In this document: one piece after another, positions 24,901 to 43,440 of the stretch
Numbering within the stretch: position 1 is the stretch's first letter
How the letters are laid out: every line of letters starts with the position of its first letter
Assembly (NCBI GenBank): GCA_038087875.1
Contig: CM075989.1
Location: forward strand, 12,216,001 to 12,280,000
Length of the DNA stretch: 64,000 nucleotides
Direction of reading: 5' to 3'
DNA from: Malacoraja senta
Taxonomy: Eukaryota
Notes under the pieces: model-generated
What the model was told of the DNA's origin: nothing
The model's database searches: none
What the model saw: the letters and a program-made list of their open reading frames with translations, nothing else
Translations under genes and position numbers: made by a program

Positions 24901-27900
24901 TCTGAGTGCTTTCCTTCACTGCTTCCTGCCTCACACACTGTCTAATAGCTTTCTCTATTTGAGTCCCTCCCCCCAACCATTCTAGTTTAAAGTCTCCGCA
25001 GTAGCCTTTGCAGATCTCCCCGCCAGGATATCGGTCCCCCTCAGGTTCAAGTGCAACCCATCCTTTTTGTACAGGTCGCACCTACCACAAAAGAGGTCCC
25101 AATGATCCAGAAATTTGAATCCCTGCCCTCTGCACCAGTCCTTCAGCCACGCATTTATCCTCCACCTCGCTCCATTCCTACTCTCACTGTCGCGTGGCAC
25201 AGGCAGTAATCCCGAGATTGTTACCTTTGCTGTCCTACTCTTTAACTCCCCTCCTAACTCCCTAAATTCTCCTTTCAGGACCTGCAGATATGACCTTGAC
25301 CATTGATCAGACATACTTAAATCATCACATACAAATTAATTCTCATTACCTGACAGAGGGAATCAGTTCCATGTTTGAGTGCCAAGAATTGCAATCATTC
25401 CAAAGATAAAAGACGGGTTAATTACCATGAATAATACAATTCAGCAAGAGAGCCTTCCGAATTGAAGAATCATATCATTTTCAATGTGAATCTGAGAAAT
25501 GAACAGCATTTCTCCAAACTTTGCAAAGCATGTGTCCAAAATTCAATGTATGGTATATATGACACTGCTATTATTTTGCTTTTACCTTGCTTTCATGACC
25601 GATAGAGGCAATGGACCCACATCCTCTAAATTACTAGATGTTACCTTCCGGGTTTCATTATCATTATTAAAAGTGTCTTCCAAGTCGTCTTCATTCTCTT
25701 TAGGTGACTATGGGGAAAAGGGGAATCTGTAGTCAGCCCAAGCAACTGAAGAAAATAAAAAATTATAGCTATGCTGTCTGTGTATGACAAAAGCATTGTG
25801 CATTTGAAGCAATGCTTTATCTAAAGACTCAAAATTTCCAAACTAATTCATCAAGTGTGATCATAAATATTAAGTATTGCAGATAATCAACTGTAGGAAA
25901 CAAATCAGAGCCTAGCCCAATTCAAAAGCAGTTTTCAGACACCTACCACAACTTGTAACACATTTTTTTAAACTCTAGAATAAAGCTAAAACTGGGTCAA
26001 ATTCTACTGTCCCAGTTTTCCCCAACAATTGAACTTGCAGCTCATAATTAAGTTAGGGATTTTCTAAGGATCTATATCACACAATGGATATGATCCACTA
26101 ATCAACACACAATACAATTTTAAATGCATGGAAAATAAAAATGAAAGAATCTCTTAGATTTTAATGTGTAGGAAAGAACTGCAGATGCTGGTTAAAAACA
26201 AAGGTAGTCACAAAATGCTGGAGTAACTCAGCAGGACAGGCAGCATCTCTGGAGAGAAGAAATGGGTGACGTTTCGGGTCAGGACCCTTCTTCAGACTCC
26301 AGCATTTTATGTCTACCCTCTCTTGGATTTAAAAATGTGTAAGTTCTTTAAAAATGTGTTTGTAAATACATATTGTGATTTGATTTCTCCCCACGAATAG
26401 TCAGAAGGAATCATAATGAAAACAAAAGGTTCTTTCACTGTTCTCAAAAACATCAAATTTTAATAAACCAGCACTTCAATCCGAAAGATGACAAGGATCA
26501 GTAATAGAAAGCATTATGTCTGAATGACAGAAAAAACTCAAAAGTAAATACAGAAAATGAATATAAAAGGTTATGGAGTCATTATGCAGTTTACTGCTGT
26601 TATGATTTTGATATGTGGAAATTTGGAAAAGTCAACATCCTTTTACTTGGAGTGACAAGAAGTCAAAGCACAAAGTCACAAAATAAAGTTTTGCCTTTGT
26701 GTTAAGACTTAATTCATCATTAAGTATATTAGCCTCAAATTATGTTGCTGGAAACATCTTTCAGCAAGCTTGAGTAATTTAACATAGAATTATAATTTAC
26801 ATACTTACTGCCATTTCTGCTATGAACACCGATGCATTCTCCTTCCAGAATGCACGCAAGGGACTTTTATTCACTTCATCTACAATGTATACTTGGACAT
26901 CATCCTGTGAGACAAATAAAGATAAATACATTTTTACCCAATCTTTGAACATCCCAAAGCACTTTATAACCATAAATTACTTAAAACCTGCAAGCGCAGT
27001 TATAAAGTAGAAAACACAAATAAAGATGATAAAGATCTAACCTACCACATAAACAATTGAAAACATAATAATGATATTGGTGGGTGTAGTGGGGGTAAGA
27101 TAAAGAGTACAATTTCACACCTTGTTGGTACTAATTTGATGTGTCACTGAGTTGTAGAACAGGATATGTGCATGAATAATTCTCGGCAATGATGTGATCT
27201 TTATTTCAACCACAACATTTCAACCACTAGGTAAATTTGAGAAATGTTTAATACAGGCAGATCCCACTTGTGTGAACTCAAGCCTGGTAAGAAAAACTAT
27301 AGGTGTTTTGAAGGAAATGTCACGTCCTCAATATAAAATATATCTATATCACACAATGGATATGATCCACTAATCAACACACAATACAATTTTAAATGCA
27401 TGGAAAATAAAAATGAAAGAATCTCTTGGATTTTAATGTGCAGGAAAGAACTGCAGATGCTGGTTAAAAACAAAGGTAGTCACAAAATGCTGGAGTAACC
27501 TAAAATTGTTGATAAAATTAATTATCAACAATTTTAGCTGTGACCCAGCAAATTAAAATATAAAAAATGCTATTCATATTCTTTACACAAATTATTTCTG
27601 TTGGCATACCTAAGAATTTTCAAAATATAAAAGCACAATATACTGAGCACGTGGTACTGAAATCTACCCAGCAAATCATGAGAAATAGCAGGCGTTGGCC
27701 CTTTGAGCTTGCTTTGCCATTCAACATTTTTTTTTAAGAAATACAGAATGGAAACAGGATCTTTGGCCCACCAAGCCCATGCTGACTATCAATTCCCCCA
27801 TTCACACTAGTTCTGTTATCCCACTTTCTCACCCACATCCAATACATTAGGGACCATTTTACACAGGCCAATTAACCTACAAACCCGCAGGCCTTTGGGG

Positions 27901-30900
27901 CATGAGAGGAAACCAGAGCACTCAGAGGAAACACACGTGGTCACAGGGAGAACAAGCAAACTCCACATAGATAGAACACAACATCATCATCATGATTGAT
28001 CCTAGGTTTCTGTCGCTATGAGGCAACAGCTCTGCCAGTTGCACCATCTCAAATATAACCATACAGACCAACATACCATGTGAGACGTTGTATAAAGTCT
28101 TGTTAAAGTCCATGTTGACAATATCTATTGCCCTGCCCTCGTAAATCCACTTGGTTACCTCTTCGAAAAATGTAATCACATTTTTTAGACATGATTTCAT
28201 ACACACAAAGCTGCAATCTTCTGAAAAACTCCAAATGACCCTCAGCAGTCTCATTTAACTACGTATCCATTCATCAATCAAGAAATGTCCTTTCCAATAT
28301 GCAGGCCAGTAACAGGATTTATGGAAAGTTGGTAATGCACTCTATTATTATGGTTTTCTACCTAATTGTGTTACTAGATTTTCTGTATAAAGAAAAATTT
28401 CATATTGTTAGAGGTGTTCTTGCTGGTGTTTTTTTTTTAACCACTTCAGTACCACTTTTTACAGAACATAATATTGACAGTAAAACACTTAAACTTGTGA
28501 ACAAACTGGTCTATCCATGGATTCCATGGCTGTAACTCAACCGTAAGTTGTGGATTGTCTCTTGTAACTTTTATTTGGCTGTTTATTAAATGCTTTTTGA
28601 AACTCCACTTTTTCACATTCTCCAGATTACTTTGAACAAGTTTATCATAAATCCACATGGACACCACCAATTCTATTCTGAACATGACCCTGCTGTTGGC
28701 ATTTAGCAGCTGTTCTGACAAATGGTCGAGAGTTCCCTGTTTTCTCTTCCTTCTTTCCAGAATGGCAAGATCCATAGCACTGATCCTTTGCTAAATATTT
28801 TAGGCTTCAGTCTATTATGAACTGCTTATTTCAAGAACTGACAATTTTCAGAATGCTCATCACGTTTAAACTCACACTTTGAAAAGAAATGGTCAAGGAC
28901 AGATTAAAAAATAATTGTGCTTAACATTCCATTTCCAAAGCAGCTCATACGATCCAAGAGAGGATGTGAAGTTAGAAATGAGTATCATTACATGCTGAAG
29001 CTGAACCAACTTCCACGCATGAAATCATCAAGCAGCAATATGTCTATGAGAAACAGCAGTGGCTGAAAATTATCATCAAGAGAAAGTGCTGGACTGGGAA
29101 TACAAAGCATTAAAGAACAGGCAGAAAAAATATGACCTTGTATTGCAATTTCAGGGATGTGTTCAATGGAAGAAAGACAACAAAGAAAGTAGCTTTTCAG
29201 GCACATTACCTCAAACAGCACGGGGTCCTTTAGTGTTCCTTTCTTTCCTTGGTCACAAAGCCTGAGAAGAAAAAAATTTATACTGAAAGACAAAATCAGA
29301 CTGCAGCTATGTTTATACATATGGGTATTAAGTTTTGTTTATATTGTTTTACGGAAGAAGTTCTTGCCATTCTAAAATGGAGATATAAATCACATTTCTA
29401 GAATAAAGAAATATGGAGACAGAAGAAAATAAAACATGTATCCAAAATAACAAATTACTTAAAATTTTAATGTAAATAACATTAAGAATCTTTAAAAAAT
29501 GGAAGCCAAGCACAGCCCAGGTGAGAGCACCATACATCATTACTTTGGTATTTCAACACAGTTGACCTGGTAACATTATCTGATATTCTTATAATTTGCT
29601 TATTGCACTAGTTAAACATAAAGCACTTCCCTAAAATGTTTTCCATGCTGATCAACTTACTCTTAAAGATTAGTCCTTCAAACAACTTTGCTGCCAATGA
29701 GCCAGTAGCACAGATGGTATGTCTTCATAGCGAGAGCATTTGAGTATAGGAGCAAGGAGGTCCTACTGCAGTTGTACAGGGCCCTGGTGAGACCGCACCT
29801 GGAGTATTGTGTGCAGTTTTGGTCTCCTAGTTTTGAGGAAGGACATTCTTGCTATTGAGGGAGTGCAGCGTTAACCAGGTTAATTCCCGGGATGGCGGGA
29901 CTGACATATGATGAAAGAATGGATCGACTGGGCTTATAGTCACTGGAATGTAGAAGGATGAGAGGGGATCTTATAGAAACATATAGTGTTATAACGTAGG
30001 CCATTTTGGGCTGGGAAGAGGATAAACTTTTTCACCCAGAGAGTTGTGAATCTGTGAAATTCTCTGCCACAGAAGGCAGTGGAGGCCAATTCACTGGATG
30101 TATTCAAGAGAGAGTTGGATATAGCTCTTAGGGCTAATGGAATCAAGGGATTATGGGGAGAAAGCAGGAACGGGGTACTGATTCTGGATGAACAGCTATG
30201 ATCATATTGAATGGCGGTGCTGGCTTGAAGGGCCGAATGACCTACTCCTGCACCTATTCTCTATGTTTCTATGTCTTGTCAGGATTCTGATAAGCACCTG
30301 AACAGGTTGATCAATGAGAGATCTGTAGATTTTATCTTTCATTTTGTTGTTGGCGCTATTATATGGATTTGAAAGATTTAATTACATAGGATCCAGCACG
30401 AGCTAACCAATTGGATACAAAAGTGGCTTGAAGATGAGACAGAGGTTGTAAATAATTGTGTTTCAGACTAGAGGCCTGTAACCAGTGGTGTGCCACAAGG
30501 GTTGGTCCTTGGTCCATTGTTGTTCGCTATTTATATTAACAATTTGAATGTGAATGGATAGCAAGTTTGAGGGTGACTTCAACATTGGTGGTGTAGTGAC
30601 CCTTCTTCAGACTGAAGGGGGGGGTGTTTGGACCCTTCATCAGACTGATATGGGGGGAGCAATCTGGAAGAAAGCTGGGGGCAGAACAAAGTCTGCCAAG
30701 GCAAAAGTCGATACGAATGAGAAGAGCGCTTTTTGATCGCAGATGGTTGAACAAAAGCCACAAATGAAAAGACAAGGAGTATAAGATAAGGATAGAATAT
30801 GAGATAAGGGAGGATATACCTCATCCCTGAATGGATGGATGTGAGGGAGGAGGTATATGGCATTACTTCTCTTGCAGTTGCATGGAAAATACCTGGGAAG

Positions 30901-32889
30901 GGGGTGATTTAGATGGTGAAGGGATGTTAATTGGGCTTCTCCATTGCCAGAGTGAGGCCACACGCAAACTGCTTGGGTGGCTTACAACCTAACAGATTGA
31001 ACATTGATTTGTCCAATTTAAAGTAACTAACCTACAACCAACCCACCTTCCCTTCTTTCACTTCAATGGGGAAACCAGGATGTTCTCTAAATGATGTGTT
31101 TGCAGCTAGAAATAAATATTTCACTTTAAAATTCTCATCCTTGTTTTCAAATACCTCAATGATTTCATTAAAAAAAAATTAAGTGCTGGAGTAACTCAGC
31201 AGATCAGGCAGCATCACTGCTGAACATGGATAGGTGACATTTTGGGTTGGGACCCTTCTTCAGACTGATTGTACATGGGGAAAATACAGCTGGCGGAAAG
31301 GAGGGGCAGGACAAAGCCTGACAACTAATGGGTTGATACTGGTGAATGGGATTTCTCCACCTATATTCCTTCCTCTAGCTTCACAATTTGCAACTCTTCA
31401 ATTGTTTTGAATTTTCAGCTCTGGCCTTCGTCCAACCATCTGCCTATCAAAACCCCTCCGCACCTGTATTAACTTATAACCTGCCAGGCTTCGTCCTGCC
31501 CTTTCTCCACCCTCATCATCCCATAAATCTGAAGAACAGTTCCAACTCAAAATGAGTTGCTTAAATCAGCTGAGTTACTTCAGTACTTTCTTTCTTCTCT
31601 TTTTTGGGGGGACTCTTTCTTTTTTGTGTGTAAACTAGCATCTGCAGTTCCTTGTTTTGTTTCTACGTCTCAATGATTTCAGTGCTGAGCTCTACCCCCA
31701 ATTTTAATTCTGAGCTCATTTCAGTTATCAAAGCCCTAAGGTCTAACTCTAAATCTACCTACGTTCAATAAGATGATCTTTAAGACACATTTATTGACCA
31801 AATTTAGTCATCCACGTGGTGCTTTGTAACTGGTTGAGGTTTCCTCTAGTTGCTACATTTTACTCCCACATTAAAAAGACTGTTAACTGGCCACTGTAAA
31901 TTGCCCCCAGTATGTAGGCGAGTGGTAGAATCAAGGGGAATGGATGGGAGGAGGGGAATAGATTTGGATTAGTGTAGGATGGATGTAATTGGGTGATCAA
32001 TGATTGGCAGACTCAGTAGGTCAATGACCCATTTTCGTGTTGTATATCTCTACTTGTTGTGCCTTATTTTCTCAATATCAGTATCAAATGTTTTGAAATT
32101 ATTCCTTTGAATCACTTTCAGAAAATGTACTTCAAAAATACTGTATGAATAAAAGTTATTGTTGTGGTGGGGTTGGTGACAGCTCTGATTTGCCAAAATA
32201 GCAACTGTTTTCTTAAAGCAAGATTTCTGGCCATGATCTCACATATTGTACGCGATCAGTTAATGCTGCCCTGTACATGACACAGCCTCGACACAAGTAT
32301 CATGCACATAGAATCACAATCCTCTAAACCGGGGACATAAAAAGGTCTACCATTACAATTTGATGTTTTCAAATAATCAATCACGAACAACATTGCACTG
32401 AAAGCTGTCGGTCTACTGTCAAATAACAATTGAATTTCACCAAGTGTTGGGGGGATCTCAGCAAATTGGCAGTGCATGTGCAGGGCTATGGACAGCAACG
32501 ATACTCTTCTATGATCTTTGATGGACAGTCTGAAGACGCTACCTGATCCGCCGAGTTATTCCAGTATTTCGTTTTTACTCAAGATTCCAGCATCTCCAGG
32601 CTCTTGTGACTCCAACTATTGATTTAATCTCGCGTTTCTTCAAATATTAATCTATATCCTTCTTTGAATTATACTACTTAATCTTTCCCTCCATCCTTTC
32701 ATAAAATACATTGCAGACCATAGTAACTGCGCTACACCCCCCCAAGGAGTTCTGCTGCCGATGGTGTTAAAGTTGCGCATTCACTGATTCAGATGATAAA
32801 CACCCATCACTGGAACTGGCAAGCGTCAACACTCACCCAAGGAGAAAGGAGTGAAAGCTTCGCACCGACTGTAGAACAGCTGAGCCCAT
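828..32889 (-). CDS. ZWILCH: Zwilch kinetochore protein (RZZ complex), coding exons 1-11; 3' part lies outside the window
   Basis: complement(join 32837-32889, 29210-29261, 26809-26904, 25586-25707, 19659-19858, 17989-18068, 16298-16453, 13394-13465, 9449-9542, 6569-6624, 828-936). All GT-AG with consistent phases, 1090 nt. Motifs [31 protein letters not shown] and DLDFAEQLW match vertebrate ZWILCH; head-to-head with RPL4 as in human. Confidence 0.93.
999..1426. mobile_element. Non-autonomous Tc1/mariner-superfamily MITE
   Basis: ~21-bp TIRs (CAGGTCCACTACTGATTTTCC / GGAAAATCAGTGGCGGACCTG) flanked by TA on both sides. Confidence 0.8.
2961..3310 (-). mobile_element. Young CR1 LINE 3' fragment nested in older CR1 remnants (approx. 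2730-5520)
   Basis: (ACATAGAA)n tail; near-identical to the 3' end of the 21780-25285 element. Confidence 0.85.
4750..5040 (+). mobile_element. tRNA-derived SINE (HE1/V-SINE-like)
   Basis: A/B-box head (GGTTCGATCC), GTGGGTTTTCTCC...TTTCCTCC core, (AAACT)n tail. Confidence 0.8.
6569..6624 (-). CDS. ZWILCH: ZWILCH exon 10 ([19 protein letters not shown])
   Basis: 56 nt, CAG acceptor, GTATGA donor; phases 1/0 bridge exons 9 and 11. Confidence 0.8.
7142..8269 (-). mobile_element. Non-autonomous Helitron with a nested CR1 3' fragment
   Basis: On minus: 5' TC (A|TCTATATTACTAAAAG), subterminal hairpin GGACCCAACAGGTCC, 3' CTAG|T; no TSD. Confidence 0.78.
7328..7752 (+). mobile_element. CR1 LINE 3' fragment
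   Basis: RT C-terminus ([14 protein letters not shown]) plus CR1 3' tail. Confidence 0.88.
8296..9230. mobile_element. Probable further Helitron-related fragments with low-complexity C-rich interior
   Basis: Copy of the Helitron 5' end on plus at 8296; related 5' end (TCTATATACCTAAAAGTCTTCG) on minus at ~9228. Confidence 0.5.
9449..9542 (-). CDS. ZWILCH: ZWILCH exon 9 ([31 protein letters not shown])
   Basis: 94 nt, CAG acceptor, GTACAA donor. Confidence 0.92.
9666..10467. mobile_element. TIR MITE, probably PIF/Harbinger-like, with internal (GGGGGGGAGAA)n tract
   Basis: ~63-bp near-perfect TIRs GGCTGTCCCACTTGGGCGACCTAATCTGCGAGT...; inserted inside another repeat (approx. 9567-11170). Confidence 0.8.
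11882..12765 (+). mobile_element. CR1 LINE 3' portion, degraded
   Basis: [28 protein letters not shown] motifs with frameshifts; CR1 tail. Confidence 0.9.
13394..13465 (-). CDS. ZWILCH: ZWILCH exon 8 ([24 protein letters not shown])
   Basis: 72 nt, TAG acceptor, GTGAGT donor. Confidence 0.92.
13861..14420 (+). mobile_element. CR1 LINE 3' fragment
   Basis: [19 protein letters not shown]...; (ATTGTCT)n tail. Confidence 0.9.
15989..16240 (+). mobile_element. Short retroposon with L2-like 3' end and (TTA)n tail
   Basis: TGTAAGGTGTCCTTGAG...GAAAGGCGCCCATAAATAAA followed by (TTA)7. Confidence 0.6.
16298..16453 (-). CDS. ZWILCH: ZWILCH exon 7 ([12 protein letters not shown]...PSLSSVATL)
   Basis: 156 nt, CAG acceptor, GTAAGC donor. 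Confidence 0.93.
16590..17420 (+). mobile_element. Old degraded CR1 LINE fragment
   Basis: [13 protein letters not shown] motif; CR1 tail. Confidence 0.8.
17989..18068 (-). CDS. ZWILCH: ZWILCH exon 6 ([26 protein letters not shown])
   Basis: 80 nt, TAG acceptor, GTAGGT donor, phases fit. Confidence 0.87.
18838..19035 (-). pseudogene. Decayed tandem duplicate (pseudo-exon) of ZWILCH exon 5
   Basis: Aligns to 19625-19858 including downstream intron; translates [13 protein letters not shown]...[12 protein letters not shown] then frameshift/stop; GTGAG donor retained. Confidence 0.85.
19063..19502. mobile_element. hAT-family (Charlie-like) MITE with a nested fold-back element at ~19253-19374
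   Basis: TIRs CAGGGGTCGGCAGCCT / AGGTTGCCGAACCCTG; perfect 8-bp TSD TTCTAGTG at 19055-19062 and 19503-19510. Confidence 0.9.
19659..19858 (-). CDS. ZWILCH: ZWILCH exon 5 ([12 protein letters not shown]...LWVRCD...IVTCS)
   Basis: 200 nt, CAG acceptor, GTAAGA donor. Confidence 0.93.
21780..25285 (-). mobile_element. 5'-truncated, young CR1 LINE: ORF1 SGNH-esterase C-terminus plus near-intact ORF2 (APE endonuclease + RT)
   Basis: ORF1 ...KDGLHLN; ORF2 [47 protein letters not shown]. One frameshift near 22563 and one TGA near 22519; CR1 3' tail. Confidence 0.96.
25586..25707 (-). CDS. ZWILCH: ZWILCH exon 4 (SPKENEDD...[12 protein letters not shown])
   Basis: 122 nt, TAG acceptor, GTAAAA donor; VGPLxLxVxKAR motif. 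Confidence 0.88.
26170..26317 (-). mobile_element. Penelope-derived fold-back element with minimal hammerhead ribozyme motif
   Basis: GAACTGCAGATGCTGG...AATGCTGGAGTAACTCAGC arm, inverted partial arm, ~20-bp flanking duplication; minus strand reads CTGAAGAAGGGTCCTGACCCGAAACGTC. Confidence 0.75.
26264..26299 (-). ncRNA. Candidate minimal type I hammerhead ribozyme
   Basis: GT-CTGAAGA-A-GGGT(CCTG)ACCC-GAAACGTC-AC: catalytic core boxes, stem II, palindromic ACGT stem III, GUC cleavage triplet. Confidence 0.65.
26809..26904 (-). CDS. ZWILCH: ZWILCH exon 3 (DDVQVYIV...VFIAEMA)
   Basis: 96 nt, CAG acceptor, GTAAGT donor. Confidence 0.88.
27738..28045 (-). mobile_element. tRNA-derived SINE (HE1/V-SINE-like)
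   Basis: Reverse complement of the SINE core seen at 4750. Confidence 0.7.
29210..29261 (-). CDS. ZWILCH: ZWILCH exon 2 ([17 protein letters not shown])
   Basis: 52 nt, pyrimidine tract + AG, GTAATG donor; resembles human KKGIRKDPFLYE. Confidence 0.88.
29722..30273 (+). mobile_element. CR1 LINE 3' fragment with internal deletion
   Basis: [21 protein letters not shown] sequence and CR1 tail. Confidence 0.88.
30597..31060. mobile_element. Penelope-like element relic, rearranged/inverted
   Basis: Minus: [16 protein letters not shown] Cys-linker-like motif. Plus: [29 protein letters not shown]-terminus-like. Reverse hammerhead cores at 30599-30647. Confidence 0.7.
31168..31668. mobile_element. 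Penelope-derived fold-back element
   Basis: Inverted arms; perfect 13-bp TSD CTCAATGATTTCA at 31155-31167 and 31669-31681. Confidence 0.8.
32837..32889 (-). CDS. ZWILCH: ZWILCH coding exon 1 ([18 protein letters not shown])
   Basis: ATG at 32889, 53 nt, GTGAGT donor, phase fits exon 2. Confidence 0.8.
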
Positions 32890-33427
32890 TCTATACAAGT
32901 ATTTATCTCAAACTCGTACTTTCATGGACGATAATAGTTTGATTGCCAAAGAAAATTTCAAATCGCAACCGATCAGCGCGCGCATTCCTCAGTAGCCCAA
33001 CGTCACGTCCGACATAAGAATCGTCTTGTTTTAACGACTATTTTAACGGAGTTTTATTTATAAAAATGTTTCTGAACAAAACAAATAACCGCAAAACAAA
33101 ACTTAAACATTAATGAATAACTTATCTATTCTGTCGTGTATTTTGGAAATGTATACCTGCGCGTAAAGATAGTGCCGACATTGAAAGGAAATAGTGCGAG
33201 ACATTTTATTCATTTTGCGGAGAAGCTCGAGTAGTCACGCCATTTTCGATTGACATTTTGTCTGAACTGTTAATTTGAAGCATACTCGTTGCAGTTATAC
33301 AACTATTAATGGTTACTGCTAAAGAAAACTCGGCGGCGGTCTCCATTTAGCGGCACGACGGTGTGGCGTTCTTCCTTTTCCTGCCGAGGTCGCCATCCCG
33401 CGCGTGTGGCGCCGAGGAGTTGCGACA
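32890..33427. promoter_or_regulatory. Bidirectional ZWILCH/RPL4 promoter region with RPL4 5'TOP/TCT initiator
   Basis: Divergent ATGs 539 bp apart; locally CpG-rich. TOP tract CTTCCTTTTCC at 33371-33381; YY1-type CGCCATTTT at 33238 (another at 33583 in intron 1); CHR-like TTTGAA on minus at 32957-32962. Confidence 0.8.
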
Positions 33428-43376
<9,949 letters not shown>

Positions 43377-43434
43377 ATGCAAATCCTCTGCTTTACAGGC
43401 ATGCGTTCTTACATCACTGTATGGTATCCATCAA

Positions 43435-43440
43435 AATAAA
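43435..43440 (+). terminator. RPL4 polyadenylation signal AATAAA (second candidate at 43510-43515)
   Basis: Canonical hexamer 58 nt after the stop codon, followed by U/GU-rich sequence. Confidence 0.7.

Larger units (their letters stand above)
26070..27499 (+). repeat. 158-bp direct repeat (26070-26227 and 27342-27499)
   Basis: Two mismatches between copies; the copies flank ZWILCH exon 3. Confidence 0.92.

Noticed and set aside
22529..25081. 850-aa ORF as a host gene
   Set aside because: It is CR1 ORF2 (endonuclease + RT), frameshifted before its end.
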